The notes beneath the pieces are model-generated. The model did not search any database, was not told the origin of the DNA, and worked only from the letters and a program-made list of their open reading frames with translations. Positions 22,715 to 36,270 of a stretch of DNA of 64,000 bases are shown here, in pieces (the stretch's first letter is position 1; each line of letters starts with the position of its first letter). This DNA is from Monocercomonoides exilis PA203 (lineage: Eukaryota; Protista; Preaxostyla), in contig LSRY02000065.1 of assembly GCA_001643675.2 (NCBI GenBank), positions 1 to 64,000 on the forward strand, in the 5' to 3' direction. Both the position numbers and the translations under genes were made by a program.

Positions 22715-25700
22715 TCAAATATTATTTAAGATATTCTGAGACTTTAATGCAATTGCTCTTAATTGTTCAACATAAGCATCACCTGCTGCTTTTGCCAAAG
22801 ACAAGAATTTGGAGTTTTCTCTGAACAACAGCTCCTGAATCAACAGACATATAAATAAATGAAAAATTGTTTTTGTAAGAAAATTAAAAAGAAAAATATG
22901 AGAAGAAATAACAAGTATAAAATGCTCACAAAAATTGTGAAAAAAATCCATCAAAGATTTCTATTTCTCATTCAAAATTCAACCAATTGTGCAAACCTTT
23001 GGTGCTCCACTCTCAACGAGCTTACCACTATCCATCACAAACACCAAGTCAGAGTCAGCAACTGTGGACAGCCTGTGTGCAATGGTGATGACGGTGCATT
23101 CACTGAAGCACTGCCTTGTCACCTGCTGGATCCTTTCGTCTGTCTCAAAGTCCACACTTGCTGTCGCCTCGTCCATCAGAATGATCCGCGAGCGCCTCAA
23201 AAGTGCCCGCGCCAAGCAAAGAAGCTGCCTCTGCCCCACCGAAAAGTTCTGCCCTTCGCTCGCCACGTCTGCCCCAAGCTGCTCCTTCATCTGCTGCACC
23301 ACCTCTCTCAGCCCCACCTGTCCCAGTGCTGCCAACACCTCCTCCTCGCTGTGCTCTCCAAACGGATCCAGATTGTACCGGATGCTCCCACTCAGAAGCA
23401 TCGGCTCCTGCGCTGTCACTGCCACTGCACCCCGAAGCTCTTTGAGGCCCAGCTGTGAGTGGATGTCTCGTCCATCAATCAGAATGGCACAGCCTTTCTT
23501 CTGCCACTCCGCCTCCACAATCCGAAGCAGCGCCAGCAGAAGACTCGACTTTCCCGATCCTGTCCTCCCCACAATGCCCACTTTGGCACCACCAGGAATC
23601 ACAAACGAGACATCGTCCAGAGCCAACGGAAGATTAGGACGATATCTCAAGTCAACATTGCTGAACTCAATTCTGCCTGCAGATGGCCAATTTGACAGCG
23701 GATGCGACAAACATGAAATAGTAGAAGAAGAAGAAGAAGAAGAAGAAGAAACATTTGAAGATTTCATTTCATTTCCATCCACAGGTTTCTCTTCTTTTGA
23801 TTCGCTGCATTTAATCATCTTGCTCTTTTCATTAACATCCTCTGGAACACTTATTGTCCACTCTCCCTCTTGCTCCACATCACACAATTCTCTTATCCGC
23901 CCGATCTTCCCAACAACAAAGTACAACGACAAAAGCTGACTGTACAAGTTCCTCCCTGCCGAAACAGCAGAATGTGACATTTGCAGCGCCATTGGCAGAA
24001 AATATGTGTTTCTCCCCGCAGCTTTCAAGACAATCGCCGTCAGATAAGTCAGAAGTTCAAGCGCATCATAACACCAGCTGGTAATGTTTGCAACTAGCGC
24101 TCGCACACTTTCCCTGTAAAACTCCACATCGCACTGACTTCTGCACAGCTCCCTCTGCCTCTCCTCCACCGCCTCCTGCTCACCAAACGCCCTGATCGTT
24201 GCCGCCCCTTCCACACACTGCTTGAAGAAGCGCCCTGATTCGCTTCTGGCAGAAACCAACGATCGGTCAATGCGGCGCTTTGCGAGGGACGTGGAATGGC
24301 TTATCAGCACCATCGCACTTGTTGCTAGCACAACAGGCAGCAGAAGCGCAGGCATCGCTGAGTGAATTGCCACCAGCGCCAAGGGTAGCTTCGCGAGGGA
24401 GGAGGCAGTGGCAGTGAAGGAGTGGAGCACGCTGTAGCTGATGGGGTTCACTGCATTCAGCTTTCTGTACAACATGCTGGCGGGTGTGGTGTCGAAGAAG
24501 CGCATCGGCGCGTGGAAGAGCTTTGTGTACATGTCTGTCTTGATGGCATGGGCAGACTGCTGCTGAAAGTGGTTGCTCAGCAGACGCACAGGAATCTTGC
24601 TGAATGAAGAGAAGAGACTCGTGGCAATGTAGAGGAAGAACAAGAAGCCTGATGAAAGATTGAAGCAGCTCAGAAAGGAGAACAGAAACGTTTGCTTCTT
24701 CTGTTTCTTCTGCTTTTTGTGTTTGAAGGCGTTTTTATGAGGTGAATGTTTGGATGCTCTTGCTTTGGAATTGCCACTATTTTTGGAACTAATTTCTTGA
24801 GATGATGATGTCAATGAATCATTCAATGAAGATTCATTCAATGTTTCGTTTAAATTCCCTTCTCTTTCCTTCTCCTCCTCCCATCTCTTTTCTCCTCCAA
24901 GTTCATTGAGTGTCCTGTTCATCTGCTCCATCTGTGCATCCTTCGCAGTCCACGTGTTGAGCACAGCACTCTTCCCGTTCTGAGAAACGTTGCTCAGAAC
25001 AATCGCCAGCAGCGCTAAGAACAGCAGGAAAAACGATGCATGCTTGAAATACCACAAAACAGAAGAAAGAGAGACAGAATCAGCCTCCATGTCGAAGGAC
25101 TCCTTCAGACGCCCCAGTTCAGAGGGAGAAGGAGAAGGAGAGGAGGAAGAGGAAGAGGAAGAGGAAGAGGAAGAGGAAGAGGAAGAGGAAGAAGAGGATG
25201 GAGAAGGAGAAGATGGAGAAGGAGAAAGAGAAATAGGAGTTTGAATGGAAGAAGAAGAAGAAGAAGAAGAAGATAAAGGTGAAGGTGAAAATGAAATGGG
25301 TGAAATGGGTGGAGAAGGTGAAGTGTTTGAATGAGTCAAGTTGAATGGAGAAGAAGAAGATGATGATGATGATGATGATGATGGAGAAGGAATGTTATTT
25401 GCATCTTCAATCTTCTTTTCATTATTGTTTTCAAAATTATCATTTAAGATTTCTCTTTCTCTTTCTCTTCTCTTCTTCTCTTCTTCCTCTTCTCCTCCTC
25501 CTTCCTTCTCCTCCTTCACCATCACCCCCATCTCCTTCACAATCCCCTTAAACTCCTCTGCTTTGCCAACCTTTCTGATCCTCCCGTCCTCCTCCATCGC
25601 AATGGCTGTGTTAAAATAAGGCAGATATTTCGTGTGGTGTGTTGCCAACAAGACAGTCTTCCCTTTCAGCAGCTGGCTGATGCATTTGATGACCAGTGCT

Positions 25701-27490
25701 TGTCCCACATGAGCATCGACACTCGCCAAAATGTCATCCAACAGAAACACCTCAGCCGATGAATAGACTGCCCTCGCCAGAGCTATCCGCACACGCTGCC
25801 CGCCGGACAGGTTGTATCCTCTTTCGCCCACTTCTGCTTCGTCTCCGCCTGGAAGAATGGCCAAGTCTTGTTCCAGACAGCAGGCTTGAACGACACGAGC
25901 GTAGCGGATGGGGTCAAAGGGAGTGTGGAAGAGGATGTTGGATTTGATGGTATCGTTGAAGATGAAGGGAATCTGGGATTGAAATGATGGAGGAACAGAT
26001 TTGTGATTATTTGATGAGAAAGAGGAAGGAAAAAATATATTTAAAACAAAAGAAATGATGATCATATGGTTGTCATTGACTAAGAAATAAAAAAAATAAA
26101 AAATAAAAAAATTAAAAATGAAAAAACAATTATTTTCATTTTTATTCATCTTTAATTACACACCTGAGGCACATAAGCCACCTTCCCCTTCAAAAATCCC
26201 TTCCCTTCCAAACAGATAGTCTCTCCCAGAATGGACGCTAGCAGCGCTGACTTGCCACAGCCAACAGGGCCGAAGAGGAGAGCGTGTGAATGTCTTGGGA
26301 GGGAGAGGGAGATGTTGCAAAGGATGGGAAGAGGAGAAGGCAGAGGAGGAGGAAGAGGGTTAACGTAGGAGGAGACATCGAGGCCATACAGCCAGATGAA
26401 GTTGGAGTGGAAGGTGTGGAGGAAGGAGGAGAGACGAGAGGAAGAAGAAGAAGAAGCGGAAGTTGAAGAAGAAGAAGTTGATGATGATGATGATGATGAT
26501 TGTGATTTATCTTTCTCTTCTTTCTCTTCTTTTCCATTTTTTCCATTTTTTCCATTTTTCTCATCTTTCTCTTTCTTCTCCTTGCTCTTATTCTCTCGGA
26601 GTGCTGGCATTTTGAATCGTCTTTTGCTTCCTCTTGTGAATTTTTTGCTCTTTTTGTTGGTAACTTCAAAGCGACTCCACGCAAATGATGCATTTGACAG
26701 GCTAATCACAATATCAGTATCAGCATCATTGTTATCATTATTCTCTTCTTTATCTCCTTTTTCTTCTTTATCTTTTTCTTCTTCTCTTCCTTTTTTCATT
26801 CTTTCTTTCTCTTCTTTTCCTTCATCTCTTCCATTTTCTTTCTTTTCTACATTTTCTTTCATCTTTCTTTGATACACCTCACTTCCTCCATCATCGTCAT
26901 CACTTTTGGAATCTTCTTTGTAAGAAAGTAAAATCGAACTTTTATCTTCCTTTTCCAAATTCATAGACAAATCATCAATATCTTCTTTCTCTTTCTCTTT
27001 CTCTTTCTCTTTCTCTTCTTCCTTTTTGTTCTTTCTTCTTTCTTCCTTTCCTTCATTTTCGTTATTTTCATCATTGCCTTCTCCATTTTTATCATCCTTT
27101 CCATTTCCTCCCTTCTCACCTTCAACACTCTTTCCAAACTTCTTGATAACTCTTCTAACTTCTTTGACCTCCTCCCTCTCTTCCTTCTCTTCTCCATCTT
27201 CTTCTCTTTCTCCGCCTTCTCTCTCTTCCTCCTCGTATTTATCAGGCGACTCATCTGCCTGCAGTAGCATCTCCATTCTCTCGATGTCTGCCTTGTCCAG
27301 CCGGATGCTGTTCAGCATCGATGGAATGCCATTCAGCGATGTTCTGAGTGACTCGACCGTTCTGATGGAAGGAAACAGCGCAGACGCCTTCAGAGGCAGA
27401 TGCTGCCAAAAACGCAGGCCAACAAGCACGATGAGGGTGAGTGTCTTCACAAGCGACTGGAGGATGTCCCCGATGGTGTTGAAGAGGACC

Positions 27491-27545
<55 letters not shown>

Positions 27546-28992
27546 AGTTGTCGAATATTTATTATTATATACATTTATATGTTAAATAAATTGATTATAA
27601 ATAAAAAAATAAATAAAAAATAAAAAAAGATTGAAAAGAAAAGAAAAGAAAAGAAAAACAGGAAATTTTCAATCAAAAATTCATAATTAAAAAACAATAC
27701 TCCTTTGCGAATGAGTTCATCTTGTCGTCTTCCTGATTGAAGCAGCTTGTCTTTTATCATTTCTTCCCAGCCGTTTATTTTTATTAACTGAAGTTTAAAG
27801 AACAGCAATGCAACACAAAAAAAGAAAGAGAAAGAGAAAAAGTGAAAATATTAGATTATCATCCCCAAAAATAAAATAAGCAATTTTTTATATTTTTAGG
27901 ATTTCTTTCTTTCTTTTCACTATTTTATCTTTTTTTCTAAAAATAACACAAATGGAATATGATTTTGGATAATCAACCTTTATTTGATCAAACACTTCAA
28001 TTGTTGTTTGGTCTGTCCTGTCAGATTCGCCTCGATATCGCTCGTACTGTTTCTGCGTTTGCCTCGAAATCCACGCAGAAATCGGTGAATCAACAATAAC
28101 CATCAAAACAACCCAAAATGATGATTTTCCAAAAAACGTAACAAGCGTCTTTACAGAAAAATACACGTCAAGCGGCATCACCATGAAGTTTTTAACAGAT
28201 TTAAACGTACTCAAAATTCCGCATGAGCTTGGCTCCGCATATTGCATCAATCTTCCTTCACCATCTCGAATTCTTTCATCTTCGCTCAGCCTCAAAGCCT
28301 TTTGGAATAGAATCTCTTTCAATGCTCGATTAACAATGTTGCCCATTGTTGTCTTGATACAGTTCCTAATGTATCCAACTATCATTCGCCCTAACATCAA
28401 AAAAATGTGAATTGATGAAAGCTTGATTCCCTCCATCAATTTTCCTTCATCCTGAATAACCCACTCAAGAAACGAACTAATAATAAAATTATCCCGATAG
28501 CTTATAACTGTGCTCAACACATTAAAACTGAAACATTCACGGAAACCAGCAAACATTTTGAAATGACAGAAAAAATCATCTCAATGAAGTAAAGCTTCCA
28601 GATAACTCTAAATGTGAGTGTCAAAATTGAAATACTTATGTTTGAATTTTAAATTAAAGGAGCACTGAAGTGTATGCACGATTAATGAGCAAACTGTTTC
28701 TTTTTTCTCTCTTCTTTATAAAGTTCTTTAAAATGCTTAATTGCCTCTTCTTCATGCGGCTCAGAATATTTAAATGGAAAATTTTTTTCTTCAAATGGCT
28801 TAAGCATTCAATGTCAATACGAAACCCTGAAGAAAAAATTAGCTAACCTTTTCACGACCTCTTCGAATCACTGGAAGAGAAAACCAGTTAATCAATCTCG
28901 AAACAGAGCCTGCGTTTTCATATCTACAAATTAAAATAATAGAAGATCAAAGTGGATTAACATTCAAACAAATTTTCTCGCTTGTAATCCAT
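22715..28992 (-). CDS. ABC transporter, subfamily C (MRP-like), multi-exon
   Basis: N-terminal lasso-like [24 protein letters not shown]1: [30 protein letters not shown]2: [39 protein letters not shown]. Two TMDs. Introns are flanked by GT..AG. Exon boundaries approximate. Confidence 0.92.
25125..25275. repeat. (GAGGAA)n/(GAA)n coding microsatellite giving a poly-Ser/Pro linker in the ABCC gene
   Basis: Directly visible tandem hexamers and trimers. Confidence 0.9.
27493..27542. repeat. (GA)n microsatellite forming an intron polypyrimidine tract on the minus strand
   Basis: About 25 GA units immediately before the CCAG acceptor of an ABCC exon. Confidence 0.9.
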
Positions 28993-29205
28993 TTAATTGT
29001 TTTTTCAATGAATATGAATTTTTTCTATTTCTCTTTGTTTTCTTATGGTTCTGCAATTTCAAATTGTTTTTCCAAATTATTATGTTTTCATTCATGGCTC
29101 TTTCATTTTAGCGAATAAAACAGTCAAAAGTATTTATGATCAATATTCATTTTGAATGGTATATTGATTTTAATTTTTATTAATTGAAAAGCATTTAGAA
29201 TATAT

Positions 29206-29252
<47 letters not shown>

Positions 29253-30672
29253 TTCAGTTTAATAATAATCAAAATTTCAAATTATTTAGCAAAAAAACTG
29301 TTCAATGAGATGAATGAAATTCTCGAAGAATCTAGAAATCAGTAAAAAAAAATATTGTTTGTTATCAAATAAAAAATCTTAACTTTTTTTGCATCGTTGT
29401 TTCCCAGACGATTTCACCTATGAGCAATTGAATATTTCATTTTCATAAGCAATACTTAAAAATTGTTCAGAAAAACTGTGCTTCAAATAATAATATAAAA
29501 AAGTAAAATTTCTGAAGAAAGTAATTTTTTTTTGGCGTTCTTAAATAGATTTTCAAAATGAATTTTCATTCAGAAATATTTTTCAGGGAAAATAACTATT
29601 TCAATTACATTCACTCATGTTTATTGCTGACATATCTGGGATGATGAAAAAGCAGATTATTTGGTTTTGTTGTTAATTGGGATACATGAAAATTAACCTT
29701 GAACAAATACTTATTTGTGAAAAATGCCTTTGGAAACAAAGAAAAATAACCATTCATTGTATTCATTCCTTTTAAACAAATTCCGAGAATGTTTTTTTTA
29801 GAGTAGCATGAAAACTTTTTTGTATTTGAGATCAAAGAATAACTGGAGGATGCAAAGAATGTTGTGGAAAAAAGCATTGTTTTGATTTTTCCACAACATT
29901 CTTTTTGTGAGAAGTTTCTTTTTTTCATTCATTATATTTAATGATGTGTTGTTATTTTTAAAAATGTTACAAAAAGATAAAATTTCATACTCATTGAAAT
30001 CATGATATTTTTCAACAATTCCAGATGTAGATCTGTCAAAAAAAAATATTTGAATGAAAATCATTTAAGGTTGTTAATATTTCAATGAAAAAAATATGAA
30101 CAGCGTAAACATTTTTTGGATAGATTGCAAGAATTTGAGATAAAATTTGGGTTATTCTTTTTGAAAAGTCTCAAATATTTAACACCTTGGATATATGAAA
30201 ATGTTCCTCATTTGATAATTTTTGAAAAAAAAATTGGTCAAACTTCAGACTTATTCAAATTGGTATTTATAAGCCAATTTAATGGAAGAATAAGTGCATA
30301 TTGTAGACAACTGATGATTATTTAATAAAAATTGATGAAAAAAGAAAGAATCTTATTTCACTCAGATATAAAACATTTGTGATTTTAAAGAAAGAATAAT
30401 TTATATCCTCATTCTCTTTTGTGTTTGCACGAACATATTTGAACATCTGACTTATCGAAAGAAAATATGATATGAAATATTCAACAGTTGGATAATTTTA
30501 GTAATGCAAAAAAAGAATGTGCAAGATTAACTGCTTTCAATATTTATAGATCTTTCTTGTCTGAAATAAAACAATCAAAAAATTCTCTTTCATATTTTTT
30601 CATTTGTTAATGTTATTCACATGTTGCCTTAATAAAATGTTGGGATAATAATATTATCCATTTGTTTTTTGA

Positions 30673-30917
30673 AGAATAATTTTTTTAAAAATACTTTTTG
30701 TTTTATGTTCAAAAAAACCAAAAATTTCATATTTTGATCTTATATCTTCTCCCGCTTTCAAAAATTCATGATTATGAATGAAACAACTTTATTCAGTTTT
30801 AACAACTATTTCAGGAAAGTTTCATGAGCGGGAACAGACATTTGATCAAAATATGAAGTTTTTGATTTTTTTGAACATAAAACAAAAGGGATTTTTTATT
30901 AAAAAAAAATTATTTTT
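30673..30917. repeat. Imperfect ~100-bp inverted repeat (degenerate MITE or foldback)
   Basis: TTTTGTTTTATGTTCAAAAAAACCAAAAATTTCATATTTTGATC...TCCCGCT pairs with AGCGGGA...GATCAAAATATGAAGTTTTTGATTTTTTTGAACATAAAACAAAAG across a ~40-bp spacer. Confidence 0.8.
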
Positions 30918-32173
30918 TGCCTTATGTCATTAAAAACCATTTCATTAATTATATGGCTGATTATGTTGAAATCAAAATATTTCGAGTCAAAAATTTATGT
31001 TTTCAACCTTGTTTAAACATTTTATTAATGAACATAGAAAAGTTTCACTTTTATAAATAAGTAAATCTTTCAAACAATTTCATCAACCATAGGCTTTTGA
31101 AACGATTGAAAAACATTTTCATTCAAAAGCTCATAATCAGGCAAATTTCATTGAATTTTCAAAAATAATCAACAAATTGAAAAAAGTTATGATTTCATTA
31201 TTAATCACCCATATCCAAGTTTCTTTTTCACGTTTCATCTAATTTCATTTCAATTCTATCTTTTTTACTAAAGTTTCCGAATCTATCATAAATTTTTATA
31301 TTTTTCTTGTTGGAAAAATATTCTCACAAACAGATGACATTAGTGCCTTAAATTTTTGAAATATGAAAATTATTTAAAGAGTTTTTGTTTTTGAAAATTT
31401 TTCTGTGATTGTCGCTTTAAAGTTTTATTTGAATTGCATTCATGAGTGCATTTGTTGGTTGAACTATCTCTGTCAAATTACAGCAGATGACGGATACAAC
31501 AAAATTCTCCAGTGTGAAAGTTTTGTTCAATATTTTCTATTGATGGTCGAAATTTTCTTTCTATCTTTTTTGTTTTTCATTTTTTTGTATCTTTTCTAAA
31601 AATTCATTAAAATATAATTTTCTGAACTGGAAGTTAACCATGATTAAGAAAAGTGAAAACAGAAAATAAAAGATATTATTGATTTGGTTGAAAATAAGAA
31701 AGAAAAAGAATTTCAATCGGTTTTCACTCCGTAAATATTCAATGAAATACGATAAGTGTTCAAAGATAAGAAAAATTTTATAAAAGGTTGGAACTTGTGT
31801 TTCCTCATCTTTTCATGCTTGTCTCGAATCGCACTGCAATTGAGAGAGGAAGGAATAATTTTTGAATAAGATGAAGATTTGTGATGGGTGAACATGAATG
31901 AGGAAGAAAGAATTGAACAAGCAGAAGTGAAAAGCAGCCGCTATGAATGACAAATATCACAAAGGAATAAATGACAAATCTTGAAAATGTATCATCACAA
32001 ATTTAAGATATAATTTTGTTTCGAAATCTTTTCTCTTTATTTCTTTCTATTTCTCATTTTCTTTCGTTTGCTCATTTGTTGTTATCTGAATCTTCTGAAA
32101 CTCTTTTTTCATTCCATTCTTCCTCGGCTTTTCTGTGATGATTTTCATCAACTTAAAGGAGGGAACATTTGCC

Positions 32174-33593
32174 TTACAGATGCACAAAATAATCAGAAAT
32201 ATTCAACGATATATCGATCCAAAAATTTCTGTGAAGAAAATCAAATATTTTATGAAAGCTTATTATGACATCTTCGTATCCTTCTTCTTCCATCATTTCA
32301 AGCACTTTCCTTTTCAACTCTTTTCTTTTCGCTTCTTCCATTTCATCATCCGTTTTTTCTTTCAATCTTTCTGAAATTGACAAACAGAATGTCAAACTTT
32401 GATTTGTCATTCCGTAATTCATTGTTGATTGCATAAGTTCCTCCAAAAAGAGACCTATTGACCCGCCTTTCAGCAAGTCATCAGTTTTCACAGTCCTGTT
32501 TTTAGCTGCATTTCTTAAAGGAAAAATACATTTTTCGCTTATTTCCATGAATTTGTCGTTCGCCGAGAGATATGTCTTAACAAGGCAGCTCACGAGCTTG
32601 ATATATTCCTCATTCCACAATTTGCACGATAATAAGAAATAATCAATTGTATCTAGCCATCTCGTTAAAATTTGCACTTCTTTGTCTTTCTTTCCTCTCT
32701 CATCTTTCTCTCTCTTCCAATCAATGCACACTACCAATTCTTCCAACCTTCCTGTCACCTCTCTCACAAAATGGAGTTCGTTTTCAATCACATCTTCCAA
32801 ATTTCTATCTTTAAAAAATCTATCAATAAAAAACTCCCAAGCAGACTGATACGCAAGTTGAGTGAGGTTGAGATATTTCTGATGATTTTTGATTATCTCT
32901 CTGATTTCATTCAGATATTGTTCTTTTTGTACAGTCTTCAAAAAAAAAAAGAGAGAGAAACAATTCGAAAGGATCAAAAAGGAAATAGAAATTTTCATAC
33001 ATTAAATACACCAATATTGCTCAGCGCTAGCAAAGCTATTTCCACTTCTTTCTGAGTCTCCTCGTTTTCCTCTTTCTTCAATGTAGCTTTCAGAAGACAA
33101 CGCACAATGATTGCAAGTAATTCTTTTGAAAATCTGCTGTTAAGGAAAAGATAGCTTTCGCAAAGATCAGCCAGCAGCTTTTCATTTTTTCCTTTTTTCT
33201 TCTTATTTTCATCAACAATCATCTTCTCAATTCTTTTGCTCAATGAGCATCTTTGAAAGTCATTATTCCAAATTTTTTTCATCTCTTTGCAATATCCCAT
33301 GTGTTTTAGCATTAAAATCACATTTTCTAATGATAATTGTTTATCTTTAATCATTTTATCCGTTTCATGGAAAAATCCTTTTGTGAAAGCAGATGTGAAT
33401 TCTTCCTTATCCATTTCATCAATTATTCCATTCATTTCTTCGATTATTTGTTTCTGTTTTACATCGGTGCAATGATCCAGCTCAGAAAACAATTCTTCAG
33501 CAAAAAATAATGAAAGAATTTCATTAATCATTAATTCAAATGCAACAACGCATGCAAACTTGAAAACTTTTTTGTGTTGTCCGTTTCCTGCAT
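32174..33593 (-). CDS. Hypothetical helical protein of a lineage-expanded family (3 exons)
   Basis: Exons 33593-33560, 33494-33001 and 32935-32174 splice in frame through GT-AG introns (MQETDNTKKFSK-LFSELDHC...GVFN-TVQKEQYL...). Confidence 0.82.
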
Positions 33594-34879
33594 TTTAGAA
33601 AACACATTGGCACAGAGAAAAAAAATCATTATTTTCATTCAAATCAAAAGCGTATTCGTTTGGATTGAAGAAATAAAAGGAAAAAATAATAACTTTAAGC
33701 TAACATGAAAATATCATTAAGTATACCGTCGTTTTTTGCATTTGAATTTTTGGCAAGAATTTCAAAGAAAAACAACACTTTTAAACAATATTTATTAGTA
33801 ATGGATTCTTTGATCAAATTATTTTCTTTGAATTGGAATATTCGTCACGAAATAAGAGTTCAGTGAGTGAACATTACATGTGGAGCTAGGAATGTTATTT
33901 CCTGTGAAGGCAACAAGAAATGAGGCAATGAATCGATTTTTAAATTCCGTCTGATGAATTTTGAAAATTAAATGACAGAAGAAATACATCAATTTTATTT
34001 ATATCGCAAAAAGATGTAATGTATGTATTTTGTATTGTTCTATTGATTGTGAAGATATTTCCATCTATATCCTTTTCAAAGTGCAGGAATGTGAGTTATT
34101 GTTGAAATGGCCAATCCCCGCTTTGGAGAGCAACACGATGAGAATGAAGCTGATTATTATATAGCTATTGGGAAATAAATGAAGTTACGGAAGATACATG
34201 ATATTTATTTGGAACAAGAGGGAAGGCAAATTAAAACAATTATTTATTGAATGAAGATAGTAAGAAGGAATTCTGTGAAGGACAAAATCTGCACAATATT
34301 GTATAGAATTTGGAATATAATTCAGTGAAGCAGTTTGTGGTATTTTTGGAATTGGAAATCAAATGGCCATATGGAAAGCTGGACATTTATTGGGAAAAAA
34401 AGACCAAGAAATCTGAGAGAAGCAATAAGACAGGAGATTAGCAGCATCAACTTGGGTGATATGATTTTTCTGACTTTTTGGAAGTGAAAAAGTTTTCTAT
34501 CCTTTTTGGAATTTTTACAAGCGAAGCGCAATTTTGTTTGTCGATGTGCTGTTGAGGGGAGGACGATGATCAGCACTTCAGTTTTTGCACATGTCCTGCG
34601 AAAATCGCAAGACATATAAAACCAGCTAAATATGTTTCTTTTCTTACGCCTTTAATGGCATTTGCTAGAGGATAGGACAGATGGCTTTCTTCTTTTGCGT
34701 TACAACAAGGTTTTGATGGCTTTTAATATCAATATTCTTCTGTTATTTCATCTTCAACAACAACATAAACAACAACTTCATTGTCTTCTTCTTCTTCTCT
34801 TCTTCTTCTCTCTCTTCTAATGGATTATAACATTAGTTCAACATTAAGATCATCATCAACTTCTTCTTTAAATAAGAAT

Positions 34880-34972
34880 TCTTCTTCTTCTTCTTCCTCC
34901 TCCTCCTCCTCCTCCTCCTCCTCCTCCTCCTCCTCTTCTTCTTCTTCTTCTTCTTCTTCTTCTTCTTCTTCA
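34880..34972. repeat. (TCT)n/(TCC)n trinucleotide microsatellite
   Basis: Direct observation. It would encode poly-Glu on the minus strand in a short, stop-interrupted frame. Confidence 0.9.
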
Positions 34973-36270
34973 AGTTCTTTTTCTTCTGCCTCCTCATCAT
35001 TAGTGATCACATCTCCTTCGTCATAATCTTCTTCCATTTTGTCTTTTTGCCTCTTCTCCGTTTCAATCAGCATCTCATTCATCATCTTGCATTAGTTCAA
35101 CAACTATTCGACAATAGCTGTTTTATATTTGTTTTTCCTCGTTAATATCTCTTGGAGTAAAGAATATCTTCCGAATCTGGCTTATAACGAAATATTGCAT
35201 TGCTTTGGGAAGTGCCTTTTATTCACTCCATCTGGCAGCTGAAACATCACTTTGTTTGCAAACAAATTTGCGAAGCAATAAAACATTATATACATTCCTT
35301 CTTTGCATCGATTTTCACACAATCTTTTTCTTCAAAGAATTTATCACAACTCAATTAAAATTGAAGAATCTTCTTCTTCTTCTGTTTGCAAAATTGAAAT
35401 GAGCAAATTTTAAAAAGCTATGAGATTGATAGTGACTTTAATATACTGAACATAGATGCCTCTTTGTCATTTGAATGAAGTTTACTGAGAAAAAGTTGAA
35501 AACATTGGATAAATAACCATATTAACAAACTCTTTTTCTCTCAGTTTTGTCAATTTATATTACTCAGCTTTTTCTTCACCATCTTCTTCCTCCATGTTTC
35601 TGCTGAAAATGTACACTTTAATTATCGGATCTTTCTTCTTGAGAACTTTGATTTGGAAAGAATGCAATTGCCCTATAGGCAAGTGAAAAGGAGAATATGA
35701 AAGAAAGAAAAGAAAGAGAAAGAGAAATATTATCTTTGATGAAACTAAACTTAGCGAATCAAAGAAATGCCATTCAGCCTGAAAGGTGGATTGATCTTTG
35801 GCAAATGAGATTCTACAAATGGATAGAAATTTTTACATATTCAAATTGCACCTTTCAGAAGAAAAAAAATGGAATTTTGAAGAAGAGGCGCAAGAAGAAA
35901 TTTCTTAATCTATTTCTATGAAAAAAGGAATTGTAAATTAACCAACAGAAGAACAAAGAGAGCGTTTCGTGCATAAAAGGATGCACAAAAACACAACAAA
36001 AGAAAAACTGATAGTTTATTATTAGTTGCATTTTTTAAGCCTAAAGTTACGCTTTTTCATTTTGCTCCATTACAATAATCGAGTCATTCAACAGAAGAGA
36101 TATCTTATTTCGTGCATTCTTACAATACAAAAAACAATGATCCATTAATGTTTCGGAATCCTTAACAACTCAAGTGACAAATTATAGTTATGACATATCA
36201 TAAAGTATAAAGAAATTATTGATCTTAAACATAACATTTTTCCTGGCAATATTCACAATTCATTCCTTTA

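Noticed and set aside
22859-27585. Long plus-strand ORFs (for example 22989-23939) opposite the ABCC gene, and similar antisense ORFs at 18296-19663, 40269-41750 and 43434-44015
   Set aside because: These are antisense shadows of real coding sequence and microsatellites.
29207-29251. Poly-T/poly-A tracts (also ~46187-46234 and ~47522-47563) as retroposon tails
   Set aside because: No TSD or adjacent retroelement body. The latter two lie within introns as pyrimidine tracts.
34825-35200. Acidic poly-Glu ORF as a gene
   Set aside because: It is mostly microsatellite, the upstream frame has several stops and no family is recognisable. At most a gene relic.
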